Assembly: GCA_012646845.1 (NCBI GenBank)
Contig: GCA_012646845.1_4707.1
Origin: a phage
Direction: 5' to 3' (one strand)
Length of the DNA stretch: 48,431 nt
Within the stretch, counting starts at the first letter, position 1. The number at the start of each line of letters is the position of its first letter. A program made the position numbers and the translations under genes. The notes below the pieces were generated by a model, which had not been told where the DNA came from, did no database searches, and saw only the letters and a program-made list of their open reading frames with translations. Positions 17,671-27,285 of this stretch are shown here, piece by piece.

Positions 17671-20600
17671 TACATAAACTCCTCGATGATGCAAATCCCG
17701 TCAGCGCCACGCCCACCACGCATAACGGTTCCAGTGTAACCGTTATCGTAAGCGCCGCCACCGCCCGAACCTCGTGCGAGGCCGTTTGACCCGCCACCAA
17801 CAGCTGCGCGACCACCGCCACCCCAATATGACGCACCCCCACCACCACATACAGGAAATGCGCCAGCTTGACCGTCATCACCATCACCACCTGAAATGCG
17901 TATATCCCCGGTACTAGGTGTACCACCACCCCCACCACCAGTGTTTGTGACGGTTGTTTTTCCTGCGCCTTGCCCACCGGGAGCAGTTAGTAGGGATGCA
18001 AATTTACTATCCCCGCCCCTGTTTCCAATTGTTGCCCCGGAACCACCAGTGCCACCAGAACCAATTACGACAGAATAACTAGTAGCTGTTACCGCTATAA
18101 CCGAAATTACTGTTCCACCGGCCCCACCGCCAGCACCAAAAAACGTTTCGCTGTTGGAAAAAGCCTGGCAACCACCGCCGCCGCCTCCACCACCGGTTAA
18201 TATTACTCTAATCCGTTTTGTTCCTTGTGTTGGGGTGTACGTCCCTGACGATGTGAAAACACGCGTATTCAGTAAACGTCCGACATATCCGCTAGAATCG
18301 GCTAAACCAAGATCTTTAGCTGCTAACGTTATATTAGCTGTACCGTCAAACGGTTTACCGTTAATCGTGCGCGCGGTCTGCAACTTCGTGGCCGTTGCTG
18401 CGTTTCCTGACGTATTCTGGTTTCCCGCGGCGTTAACACCTGGTAGATTGATGTTCGCACTACCGTCGAAAGATACCCCACCAATGGTGCGGGCTGTTTT
18501 CAGTTTTGTCGCCGTGGCAGCATTACCGGTTGTGTCTTGGTTACCGGTGGTGTTTACCCCAGGCAGGTTGATATTGGCTGTTCCGTTAAATGAAACACCG
18601 CCAATCGTCCTTGCTGTTTGCAGCCTCGTTGCGGTTGCTGCGTTCCCCGTGGTGTTTTGGTTACCCGTTGCATTCACGCCCGGGATACTATCCTTAGATG
18701 TGTAGATCTGTGCCCATTCCGACCAGTTAGAATCGGCTGCATCACGACGTGAACGTAAATAAGCCGGAGCGTGTGTGCCCGAGGTACCTGACCAACCAAT
18801 GAGGATTTCACCTTCACCGGCCGATGAAGCACCTTTGAGGTGAATAACGTTACCATAGGCGGTTGGGTAGCCGTTACTGTACGCTTCATACATCTGGATA
18901 CCGGTATTACTACCTTGGGTCGCATTAGCTAACGCGGTAACACGACCTTTGGAGGCGAGAGCGGTAATACTGAAGCTAATGTCCTTAGTACCGTCAAAGG
19001 CGACCCCATTAATCTTCCGTGCTGTTTGGAGTTTCGTGGCAGTAGCCGCGTTACCAGAGGTACTCTGATTACCTGCTTTGTTCACGCCAGGCAAATCAAT
19101 GTTGGCTGTTCCATCAAAGGACACACCCCCTATGGTTCTCGCTGTCTGGAGTTTTGTTGCTGAGCCAGCGTTTCCGGAAGTACTTTGATTACCTGCCGCG
19201 TTGACGCCCGGTAGGTTAATGCTAGCAGAACCATCAAAAGAAACTCCACCTATCGTGATCGGTGTTTTCAATTTCGTGGCTGTCGCAGCGTTACCGGTTG
19301 TATTTTGATTGCCTGTCGCATTAACGCCCGGTAATGCAATATCCGCTGTTCCGTCAAAGGCAACGCCGCCGATTTTACGGGCGGTTTGTAGCTTGGTTGC
19401 ACTAGCAGCGTTACCACTGGTATTCTGGGTGCCAGCTTTGTTAACACCCGGGAGATCGATGTTAGCAGAACCATCGAAGCTGACGCCACCTATCGTTCTT
19501 GCAGTAGCGAGTTTAGCTGCTGTGGCTGCATTGTTACCCACTTTCAGCCAATCATCCCATGGACCATCCTGGCCGTTCCACGATGCCGTTAAACTACGTA
19601 CGTAAATATTGCCAGTACGTACAGTGTAACGTTGCGTTCCACCGAATTGTCCAGCAGGGAGCACTTCAAGGTAACCTGCGGCATTTGCTTCAGGGAAATT
19701 GTGGGCGACGTCCGCATTCGTCGTTATTGGTTTAGACCAAATACCCACAGACGCTTCAACCGGACCGTAAGTATTCAGATTTGCGTCGGTGGGGAGCTGT
19801 CCTCGAAAACGTTGGAATTGTGTCGCCGATAACCCCAACGTTGTTTGCATGCTTTCAATGCTGGATTGCTGAAGTAACGTCCGTGCTGTCGACGTAATCA
19901 CGGTAAGCGCAACTTTATTAACACCGGTGAAATACGGGAGTTTGTCTGCTGATGTCGCTAAACCTGAAAAGGCGGTCAGTAATGCGTTAAGGGGCTGCTT
20001 CCCAGCTAACGCATTTGTTACCGTCGTTGCGAAATTAGGATCGCTTCCTATAGCTCGAGCCAGCTTATTAAGCGTATTTAGCGTCGCTGGTGACGAGTCG
20101 ATCAGCGCCGTGATCGCACGCATCACAAATTCCGTGTTGGCTATCTGTCGACTGCTATTGTTAACTGCTGCGGTGGGCGCTGCTGGCGTACCAGTGAATA
20201 CAGGGCTATTAAGATCCGCCTTGAGGGCGATGAGACGTTTAAGCGCTTCAACATCAACTTTCAGGTTTTCCCATCCGATGAGAGAACCACCACTGCTGGC
20301 ATGGTAACGGTTGTACCAGAAGTCACCGTTAACGCCTAAAAAGAATATTCCCTTCTCTTCGTTTTGTGGACCGGAACTATTTCGTGACGAGCTGATGTAA
20401 TTGATTTCAATAAGACCAGTAAACGTCACTCCTGGGATTATTTTGTTGTCTCCAGCTGACTGTGATACTTGGTAAATCCCCGGGGTTGCGGCTTTAACCC
20501 ATGTTAAGAATTCTGTTACTCCAGCGGTACCGCTAAAATTCTTAACGTCGGTAAGTATCGCCCCATAACCGAACATACCGGGTAGAGCCACTCGTCCGCT

Positions 20601-21188
20601 GGTACGGTCACGAATATCTGTCGCAACAACAGGCAATTGTTTACGAACGGCATTAACCGCTTTAGGCGTGGCCGATTTTGTCTCGTCATCGCTATCGGTT
20701 TCATTACTTAGAATAGTTAAACCGCGTGTAGCAGTAGTTGCATCAGGAAGAAATGCGTTATCCAACACCTTAAGCTGTATTGCACTCGTATTACTAACAA
20801 CGACATGCACCTGACAGTTAAGAACGCTGGTTGCGCCTTCGGCAGGCGTAGGCTTATATCTTTCTGGTGCACTGCAGACGGCAATCAGAACACCTTTATC
20901 GTCGTACAGACCGATCTCACGTACCCAGAACCCACCTTGACCAGCAGGAATAATACCCTCAACGACAATCCTGGTTGTACTATCGCCATCCGCATGGATA
21001 TTAGAAACTTCCCCACGATAAACTTCGTGAACAAGTGCTGTTTGGCTGGCGGTCGGGGTTGGTGTCGAGCCGTTACCATCACCAACGGCAAAGTGTGTGA
21101 TTTTTAGTTTCTCACCGTCGGGAAGTAACGCAGCGGTGATACGTTCTGCTCCTTTATCGGTAACTACCGTTTTATATGCTGTACTCAT
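17670..21188 (-). CDS. long tail fibre protein: P2 gpH-like N-terminus, two blocks of ~38-aa fibre repeats, Gly-rich C-terminal tip
   Basis: N-term MSTAYKTVVTDKGAERITAA...HFAVGDGNG; repeats GNAATATKLxTARTIGGVSFDGxANIxLPGVN; C-terminal poly-Gly motifs; start set to ATG 21188. Confidence 0.85.
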   Translation of the reverse strand: MSTAYKTVVTDKGAERITAALLPDGEKLKITHFAVGDGNGSTPTPTASQTALVHEVYRGEVSNIHADGDSTTRIVVEGIIPAGQGGFWVREIGLYDDKGVLIAVCSAPERYKPTPAEGATSVLNCQVHVVVSNTSAIQLKVLDNAFLPDATTATRGLTILSNETDSDDETKSATPKAVNAVRKQLPVVATDIRDRTSGRVALPGMFGYGAILTDVKNFSGTAGVTEFLTWVKAATPGIYQVSQSAGDNKIIPGVTFTGLIEINYISSSRNSSGPQNEEKGIFFLGVNGDFWYNRYHASSGGSLIGWENLKVDVEALKRLIALKADLNSPVFTGTPAAPTAAVNNSSRQIANTEFVMRAITALIDSSPATLNTLNKLARAIGSDPNFATTVTNALAGKQPLNALLTAFSGLATSADKLPYFTGVNKVALTVITSTARTLLQQSSIESMQTTLGLSATQFQRFRGQLPTDANLNTYGPVEASVGIWSKPITTNADVAHNFPEANAAGYLEVLPAGQFGGTQRYTVRTGNIYVRSLTASWNGQDGPWDDWLKVGNNAATAAKLATARTIGGVSFDGSANIDLPGVNKAGTQNTSGNAASATKLQTARKIGGVAFDGTADIALPGVNATGNQNTTGNAATATKLKTPITIGGVSFDGSASINLPGVNAAGNQSTSGNAGSATKLQTARTIGGVSFDGTANIDLPGVNKAGNQSTSGNAATATKLQTARKINGVAFDGTKDISFSITALASKGRVTALANATQGSNTGIQMYEAYSNGYPTAYGNVIHLKGASSAGEGEILIGWSGTSGTHAPAYLRSRRDAADSNWSEWAQIYTSKDSIPGVNATGNQNTTGNAATATRLQTARTIGGVSFNGTANINLPGVNTTGNQDTTGNAATATKLKTARTIGGVSFDGSANINLPGVNAAGNQNTSGNAATATKLQTARTINGKPFDGTANITLAAKDLGLADSSGYVGRLLNTRVFTSSGTYTPTQGTKRIRVILTGGGGGGGGCQAFSNSETFFGAGGGAGGTVISVIAVTATSYSVVIGSGGTGGSGATIGNRGGDSKFASLLTAPGGQGAGKTTVTNTGGGGGGTPSTGDIRISGGDGDDGQAGAFPVCGGGGASYWGGGGRAAVGGGSNGLARGSGGGGAYDNGYTGTVMRGGRGADGICIIEEFM
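18290..18700 (-). repeat. coding tandem repeats (~114 bp) within tail fibre gene, block 2
   Basis: imperfect direct repeats visible in DNA and protein. Confidence 0.6.
18950..19520 (-). repeat. coding tandem repeats (~114 bp) within tail fibre gene, block 1
   Basis: imperfect direct repeats visible in DNA and protein. Confidence 0.6.
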
Positions 21189-21195
21189 GGTGTTT

Positions 21196-21723
21196 TTATC
21201 CTGGATAAATAGTGATGATATCACCAATGACCGTTGTGGCACCGGCGTAAAGATGAGCCGGAGATACATCGTGTTGGTTTGTCACGGTAAGATCTAATCG
21301 ACCACGCCAAACCATGGAGGTATTCGCGATGGGGATAGAAATCTTTTTGGATATATCGTCACGAAAATCAATAACAGTGGCAAGGGTAACTGCATCAAAG
21401 TCAACGTCGGGATCAAAGACGAACCCGTATTGATCTGAAATCGCCCGAATAATCGCGTGTATAGTTGTTGTCTTAACAGACTCTAAAACGATTTTTATTG
21501 GTATTCCTAGAAATGCCTTCGCAATATCGCGTCGAGCGTAAACGATAAAACTTTCACCGTTCCACCTTGTTCCTTCATTTGCTGTGACGATCACTTTTGC
21601 CCTGTTAGCACCAGAACTTCCATCCAAGACTAATGTAAGATCGGAGCTGTTGAATACGCTACTGTTACGTCTGTTTATCAACGACGTCAGTTCGTCTTTC
21701 CATGGCGGGTAAAGTGAACACAT
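21196..21723 (-). CDS. short protein consisting of the shared fibre N-terminal module
   Basis: YARRDIAKAFLGIPIKIV; start set to ATG 21723 (GGAGGAGGG SD). Confidence 0.65.
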   Translation of the reverse strand: MCSLYPPWKDELTSLINRRNSSVFNSSDLTLVLDGSSGANRAKVIVTANEGTRWNGESFIVYARRDIAKAFLGIPIKIVLESVKTTTIHAIIRAISDQYGFVFDPDVDFDAVTLATVIDFRDDISKKISIPIANTSMVWRGRLDLTVTNQHDVSPAHLYAGATTVIGDIITIYPG

Positions 21724-21836
21724 ATGTGCACCCTCCTCCAACATAACCAGATTAATTATAAATTTCTTAAACGTGGAACACGATTCGAGATAAACGTAAA
21801 CGGTCTTAACGACCGCATAAAATTCCGCGCATATTA

Positions 21837-21868
21837 CCCCTCTATCCCGACAAAGCGAGATAGAGGGG
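21837..21868 (-). terminator. hairpin CCCCTCTATC...GATAGAGGGG downstream of 21881..23635
   Basis: perfect 10-bp inverted repeat. Confidence 0.5.
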
Positions 21869-21880
21869 AGGATAATACGA

Positions 21881-23635
21881 TTATGCTGCTACATATCCAG
21901 GCCAACGTTCTCTTGGCCAGTTTGTTGCGCCCTGTCCAACGTTGTCCTTACCAGAAGTTACGTTACTCACATCCCATCCACTCAGATCCTGATTGAACGC
22001 GGTGTTTTCGCGCATCATGAGATCGATCTTACGTAGCGAACGGGTATTCCAGCCGGAAATGTCTTGGTTGAATGCCGTATTGTAGGCAAACATGTTAGAC
22101 ACGCTTTGTAATTTTGAGGTGTTCCAACCACTGATGTCGCTATTGAACGACATACTTGAGAACATGCTGCTCGCATCAACAAGACTGTCAGTTTTCCAAT
22201 TAACCAGTTTATCACCATCAAGTGCATCGCTGCTGCTGAACATAAAACTCATGTCGTTAACTTTGGACACATCCCATTTATCCAACCCGTTACCCACGAA
22301 CGCAGGACAGGACGAGAACATATAACTCATATTAGTAACCCGACTCACATTCCATTTACTGAAGTCGAGGTTAAGTTTCTGACACCCTAAGAAGGTTTTA
22401 CACATGTTGGTGATACGACTAACATCCCACTCTTGGATGTTGGGGTCGTTAAGCGTCGTTAAATAGTTGAACAATGTCGCTAACGACGTCCATTTCTCTG
22501 GAATCCGGTTTGGTACCGTACGAAGCGATGCGAGGTTGTTGGTTGACGGAGAGCAGAACATACCGTTATCCCAATTTACGATCTCCGTAATTTTGGACCC
22601 TTTGATCGTCTGAGTGACGTTACCATCTTTCACCATACCTGTAGCGACGATGGTATATTCACCAGTGTCCGCATAATCGTGGGTGTAGGAGTTGTTGCTT
22701 GAGGTCTCCGTTACTTTATTCCCATCACCCCAATCGATATTGACCTTATCCCATCCACCTAGGTAGAACTGTACTTTGCCTCCGGTGGCTTTTAGGATAT
22801 ATTTACCCCCATTGTCGGTATAATAACAGACAACCATTGAACCGTACAGATTACCTATCTGCCAATCATCCTTTTGCGATATTGCGATTTGCGCCGCACC
22901 ACGCTGTACGAAGAGTACCGTACGATTCTCGGCAGTCTGTAATGTGGTTATTGCCTGAGCTTTATCGTCCTCGCTAATTTCACCAGATCCCACCAAAGCG
23001 CTTAACATCCTTTCGAAGTATTCGATCGGTAACTCAGCTCCAACAGACTTATCAACAGACTGTACAGCAAGATCGCCCAATGCTGCAGTGGTAGCCAACG
23101 CCAATGAACCCTTGGTCATATCTGTTTCTTGGATGTAATGCAGTCCCGTAAGCTGGTACGCTTGAATAATAGTAATCAGGTTCAGCGTATCGTTAACGAC
23201 CTGTACCTGTAAATGCCCGGACCATACATAGCTGCTTTCAGCAATCGGTAGCTCGACCGATTGAATACCTGATGTTTCAAAGGTGATCTTCTTATTAAGA
23301 TCGGTTTCCAGGAAATCAACCGCGAGGTCGAAATTCATGCCGTACTTTTCAGCGATGGAATCTACGATATTCTTGAAAGCAACATCTGTGCTTACGATAA
23401 AACGTAACGGAATTCCCGTAAACGCTTTAGCGATGTCTCGACGAACATACGTAAGCGATTGTTCGAAGAAATAGGGACTGTTATCTCCAGGCTTGATGGT
23501 TACCTGACACGCTTCAGGATATTCAGCTGGGATGAACGATTCGAATTTAACGTCGGATTCCTTCAACGAAAGCTTGTTATTCCGGTTCACTAACGCCAGA
23601 AGATCGGCTTTCCATCCGGGGTAAACTGTAGACAT
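21881..23635 (-). CDS. tailspike/fibre-like protein: shared N-terminal module plus C-terminal DUF285-type repeats
   Basis: N-term YVRRDIAKAFTGIP; C-terminal repeats WDVSRITNMCKTF / WNVSRVTNMSYMFSSC / WDVSKVNDMSFMFSSS / WNTSKLQSVSNMFAYNTAFNQDISGWNT. Confidence 0.7.
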   Translation of the reverse strand: MSTVYPGWKADLLALVNRNNKLSLKESDVKFESFIPAEYPEACQVTIKPGDNSPYFFEQSLTYVRRDIAKAFTGIPLRFIVSTDVAFKNIVDSIAEKYGMNFDLAVDFLETDLNKKITFETSGIQSVELPIAESSYVWSGHLQVQVVNDTLNLITIIQAYQLTGLHYIQETDMTKGSLALATTAALGDLAVQSVDKSVGAELPIEYFERMLSALVGSGEISEDDKAQAITTLQTAENRTVLFVQRGAAQIAISQKDDWQIGNLYGSMVVCYYTDNGGKYILKATGGKVQFYLGGWDKVNIDWGDGNKVTETSSNNSYTHDYADTGEYTIVATGMVKDGNVTQTIKGSKITEIVNWDNGMFCSPSTNNLASLRTVPNRIPEKWTSLATLFNYLTTLNDPNIQEWDVSRITNMCKTFLGCQKLNLDFSKWNVSRVTNMSYMFSSCPAFVGNGLDKWDVSKVNDMSFMFSSSDALDGDKLVNWKTDSLVDASSMFSSMSFNSDISGWNTSKLQSVSNMFAYNTAFNQDISGWNTRSLRKIDLMMRENTAFNQDLSGWDVSNVTSGKDNVGQGATNWPRERWPGYVAA

Positions 23636-23652
23636 AAGCACTCCAAAGTTCA

Positions 23653-23669
23653 TGGGGCGGTAACCGCCC
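23653..23669 (-). other. short perfect hairpin GGGGCGG-TAA-CCGCCCC between large structural gene and downstream fibre gene
   Basis: read directly; lies just upstream of the start region of gene 21881..23635. Confidence 0.4.
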
Positions 23670-23675
23670 CGTTGG

Positions 23676-26600
23676 TTAAATTGTTGGTTTAATATCGCGT
23701 AATAGGGCGATATAATAGCCTAATCCTCGGAGGATCTCCCCGCTCCAGAAACCAAAATACATTCCGTCTCTGCCGAGATTAGCACTATCTGGTGCAGGAC
23801 TCCACCCACCATTCATTGCGTCATCAACGGTGTAACGGTTTATGTAGTTCTCAACGATCTCGTTATAAACATTAACAGCAACAGAATAGCCTTTATCGTT
23901 GGGATGTTCGTACAACATCGCTAACGACGCTCCGGCTAACCATAATCCCGCCATGTGACCAGTAAAGTCGTTCGGGATAAAAGCAGGGGGTTTATCCATC
24001 GGAAAATCCGTAGGAGACCGATAGGTGTTTTCCTGTTGATACGTAAACAAGAAATCGATCCAATGACTGATGTAAGTGGATAGCTTCTCAGGGATAGCTA
24101 AACCGCGATCATGCAGTCCTGCATAAAGCCTCACCGCTGAAAAGAAAGCCCTCGGCTGATAACCAGACCATGCTGTCTGATCGCCGAAGTGGTACATCGT
24201 AAAATCATTAACTTTCGATCCGCTTGGCGCATCCCAACGATCCCACACGTACGCACTCGCACCCGGCCCTAAAACCCCGAATTTCTGATAATACCACTGC
24301 TGTGAGTCATACCAGAAATTCACAACATTCCGAATCATGAGGTCACGCCGTTCAGTCGGTACGTCCATATCCAGGAAGACCCATGGATGTTGGTAGCCGG
24401 GATAAGGCTGACCACGCCAACTGTCGAACGTCGGTGCGTTAGGGATATAGTTGTTCGAGAACGGAATAATACCCGGAGTATAAGGTAACGGATCGAGGCG
24501 TTGGTTGACAATCGTGCAATCACCAACCCGTAATGTTCCCTCCGCCTCAAAGGCTGCTTTTAACGTAAACAGCATGGTATATCCGTCATCCGTGGTGTAA
24601 GTTGATGGTGGATTGTTGATGGCGTAAAGCTTAAATACCCCTTCAGCGATATCGCTGTCATCAGGCAAGAACAGAATTTCAGTTGAGCCATCACCCCACA
24701 CAGGTGCAGAAGGTTTAGGGTCAGTATCGGTGTGGTTCGGTTGATACCCTGAGAGCGTCCATCCGGTAGCCGAAAGCGTCAACGTATTTCTTGATGTGGT
24801 GGTCGGTAGCATCTGCCACCATCGCCAACCATTCGCATCTTCGACACGAACGTTGTAGTCAATCGACGCGAAATAACTGACCTGTCTTACGATCTGTTTT
24901 GCTGTTGGATTGAATTCAAATTGTCCGCCTGCCGCAGTAAGCTGCGCTTTTAAGAACAACCCATCCCAGGAATCTTCCGCTGCTTCGCTGAATTCTGTTG
25001 TGATTGCGACATCGTCTTTCCAGCCGACTTTATCAGCCGATATCAACACAGAACCCGTAACAGCATCACCGGTTGGTGTTGAAGCTTCATCGACCGCATC
25101 AGCAGGAATCAATGAGCCTATTTTGAAATCCCATCCTTTCGGTTCAACGCTGGAAGGTAATACCAGCTTATACGTTTTGGCTTTCGCTTCGGTTTTGTCC
25201 AAAGAAAGCGACAATGAGATCTCAACCGGAATTGCTACGCCTGTCGTATCTTTACCCCCGCAGGTTACCCGAAGAATTGAATCACGATTGACGCGGAACG
25301 GAATAGCCTGCTGTTCAAGGTAAATTTGTGCTGAAGATGCTTGAATCACGATCCAGCCATCGGTATCACGTGTGATTGTAAATGGTGCTTTCGATGGGTA
25401 TGTATACGTGTAAGCGATACCGTCGGTGTCGTAACGATCGGTTCCTTTTACCTGACGGAAGAACTTATCGTTGGCGTCGATACGGGTATATTCTTCAATC
25501 GTAAACAAAGATGCCTTGTACGCTTTCTGATAACGCTCCTGCTGCGTTAAACGGTATAAGGTGTAGGCTGATTCACAAAACCACTGTTCAGCGTCTGACG
25601 CGTTTCCCATGTAGTCTCTGGTGACCGGCACCTGGATCGGTCGGTTATGCTGACACTCGTTCGTTTTGATAAGGTATCCGCCATATTCAACAGGAACACG
25701 CGGTGCCCATGCAACCAAGTAAGAACCGTTGACGGATTTATCTTTGAGTACGATGGTACCTACCTCATCGTCAGTACACGCTTCAAGATCGTCCCCGTCA
25801 GCACTTACGTAACGTTTTGTGCGTAACGCAACTTTCTCGATAGGGAACACCGTACCCTTTGTATCCCAGTCAATCGTCCCATCATCATTGGTTTTGAACA
25901 CATCGGCGTTCAAATTCTGCCAGCCGAGTTTACCCTCATAGACCTGAACAACAAGATCCATGTATTCCCCGAATGTTGGTGCCCCATGTGTTATTTTCCC
26001 GATACCGTTGGTGAATGTAACCGCTGTGTCATGGAAACCCCCGTGTGTTGGGTAATCGTCTTTTGCAAGAGGATAATGAGCCAACACCGGTTGCTTACCA
26101 TTAACGATCCAGTTAGCGATCCAGCGTGTCGGTGTATCCGGTGGTTCAAGGCCTGCGTAGAACGCTTTTATATACGCATCGAACGATGCCTCTGCTAATG
26201 TGAGATAATGCGCTTTAAGCTTGGGGTCATCCGTTGTATGACTGAATATACCCGCACCCAGAATTAACAACGACTGTCCTTCTGTTGTTGCGTCACCATC
26301 CGGTTGTGCTTCTTGTCGTGTTGCTGCAATGAAGTGGCGATTGTTTACCATTACCCCGCTTTCATTTAACACGTAATGATCGGTTTCTGGGTCGGTAAAC
26401 GTTCCTGTATTTCGGGTTAAGAAGCTTGCGTGGCCATAACCAACAAAATTAACCGACGACGCTGTAATCATCCATTTACCGATAAGTTGGGCGACATCGT
26501 TATATCGCTCCGATGCGGTGATTTGTTTCACGTACCAATCTTTACGGTTGAATGTCCAAAGCAGGAAGTAATACGTGGCATCGATTTCCATTACCGGAAA

Positions 26601-27272
26601 CGTCGGTGTTAACGGCTCCAGCGTTAAGTAGTTGCTCCAGTCAATCTGTCCACCAACAACCGACGGGGTAATCTCTAATAACTGACACCACTCATAACGG
26701 TCTGGCACACTACTGGACGTTGCTGGTAAAGGTAACTTGTATACGCCAGTACGATTCAGATTGAATGCTTTCCTAGCCGATCCTAAATCAACATAAATAC
26801 CGGATGATACGCTTGCACTAGATGTCTCCAAAGCACCTAGCGTTGACCGATACATTGAGATGAACAGCGTATCTTTCCAGTAAGGGTTGTCCTTGGTTGG
26901 TTCTAGTGCGATTTGTGCGAAGATGCTGTTCTGCGTCCCTAACTGGTATGTTGCATTTAAAGATTCTTCTATGAAATAACTTTCTGCAATCGCCAGATGG
27001 AACTGCTCGTTCAATAACGCGAGTGCCGCTCGACCAGAAACCGCTTCATTGCCGGTTTCTTTTTTCATGATCGCACCGAACGGAAACAGTGTCGCGAATG
27101 ACCGTTTTGGTTTATTAACCGTAACCGTCCCCGTGTAATTTCCAACGCCATCAAGTTTTTGATTATCGCCAACAGCGGTGACTGTGATACCATCAGCCGG
27201 GATATCTGTTTTGTTTAGTACATTGAGTTGGTCGACCAGATCCTGTTTATCGTCAGGTAAGAATGTCGTCAT
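23676..27272 (-). CDS. large structural protein (1198 aa), putative fibre/baseplate-associated
   Basis: ORF track; AAGGCGGAG SD; located inside fibre locus; no catalytic motif recognised. Confidence 0.6.
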   Translation of the reverse strand: MTTFLPDDKQDLVDQLNVLNKTDIPADGITVTAVGDNQKLDGVGNYTGTVTVNKPKRSFATLFPFGAIMKKETGNEAVSGRAALALLNEQFHLAIAESYFIEESLNATYQLGTQNSIFAQIALEPTKDNPYWKDTLFISMYRSTLGALETSSASVSSGIYVDLGSARKAFNLNRTGVYKLPLPATSSSVPDRYEWCQLLEITPSVVGGQIDWSNYLTLEPLTPTFPVMEIDATYYFLLWTFNRKDWYVKQITASERYNDVAQLIGKWMITASSVNFVGYGHASFLTRNTGTFTDPETDHYVLNESGVMVNNRHFIAATRQEAQPDGDATTEGQSLLILGAGIFSHTTDDPKLKAHYLTLAEASFDAYIKAFYAGLEPPDTPTRWIANWIVNGKQPVLAHYPLAKDDYPTHGGFHDTAVTFTNGIGKITHGAPTFGEYMDLVVQVYEGKLGWQNLNADVFKTNDDGTIDWDTKGTVFPIEKVALRTKRYVSADGDDLEACTDDEVGTIVLKDKSVNGSYLVAWAPRVPVEYGGYLIKTNECQHNRPIQVPVTRDYMGNASDAEQWFCESAYTLYRLTQQERYQKAYKASLFTIEEYTRIDANDKFFRQVKGTDRYDTDGIAYTYTYPSKAPFTITRDTDGWIVIQASSAQIYLEQQAIPFRVNRDSILRVTCGGKDTTGVAIPVEISLSLSLDKTEAKAKTYKLVLPSSVEPKGWDFKIGSLIPADAVDEASTPTGDAVTGSVLISADKVGWKDDVAITTEFSEAAEDSWDGLFLKAQLTAAGGQFEFNPTAKQIVRQVSYFASIDYNVRVEDANGWRWWQMLPTTTSRNTLTLSATGWTLSGYQPNHTDTDPKPSAPVWGDGSTEILFLPDDSDIAEGVFKLYAINNPPSTYTTDDGYTMLFTLKAAFEAEGTLRVGDCTIVNQRLDPLPYTPGIIPFSNNYIPNAPTFDSWRGQPYPGYQHPWVFLDMDVPTERRDLMIRNVVNFWYDSQQWYYQKFGVLGPGASAYVWDRWDAPSGSKVNDFTMYHFGDQTAWSGYQPRAFFSAVRLYAGLHDRGLAIPEKLSTYISHWIDFLFTYQQENTYRSPTDFPMDKPPAFIPNDFTGHMAGLWLAGASLAMLYEHPNDKGYSVAVNVYNEIVENYINRYTVDDAMNGGWSPAPDSANLGRDGMYFGFWSGEILRGLGYYIALLRDIKPTI

Positions 27273-27285
27273 TATTTACTCCGCC

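Noticed and set aside
18154-18705. Plus-strand ORFs (18154..18705, 17896..18078, 19309..19605) with proline/valine/alanine-rich translations
   Set aside because: They lie antisense to the Gly-rich and repeat-coding parts of the tail fibre gene; they are shadow ORFs with low-complexity translations and no start context.
18290-19520. Tandem direct repeats that might suggest a CRISPR array or satellite
   Set aside because: Repeats are about 114 bp, imperfect, in-frame and encode the 38-aa fibre repeat units; no spacer-repeat architecture.
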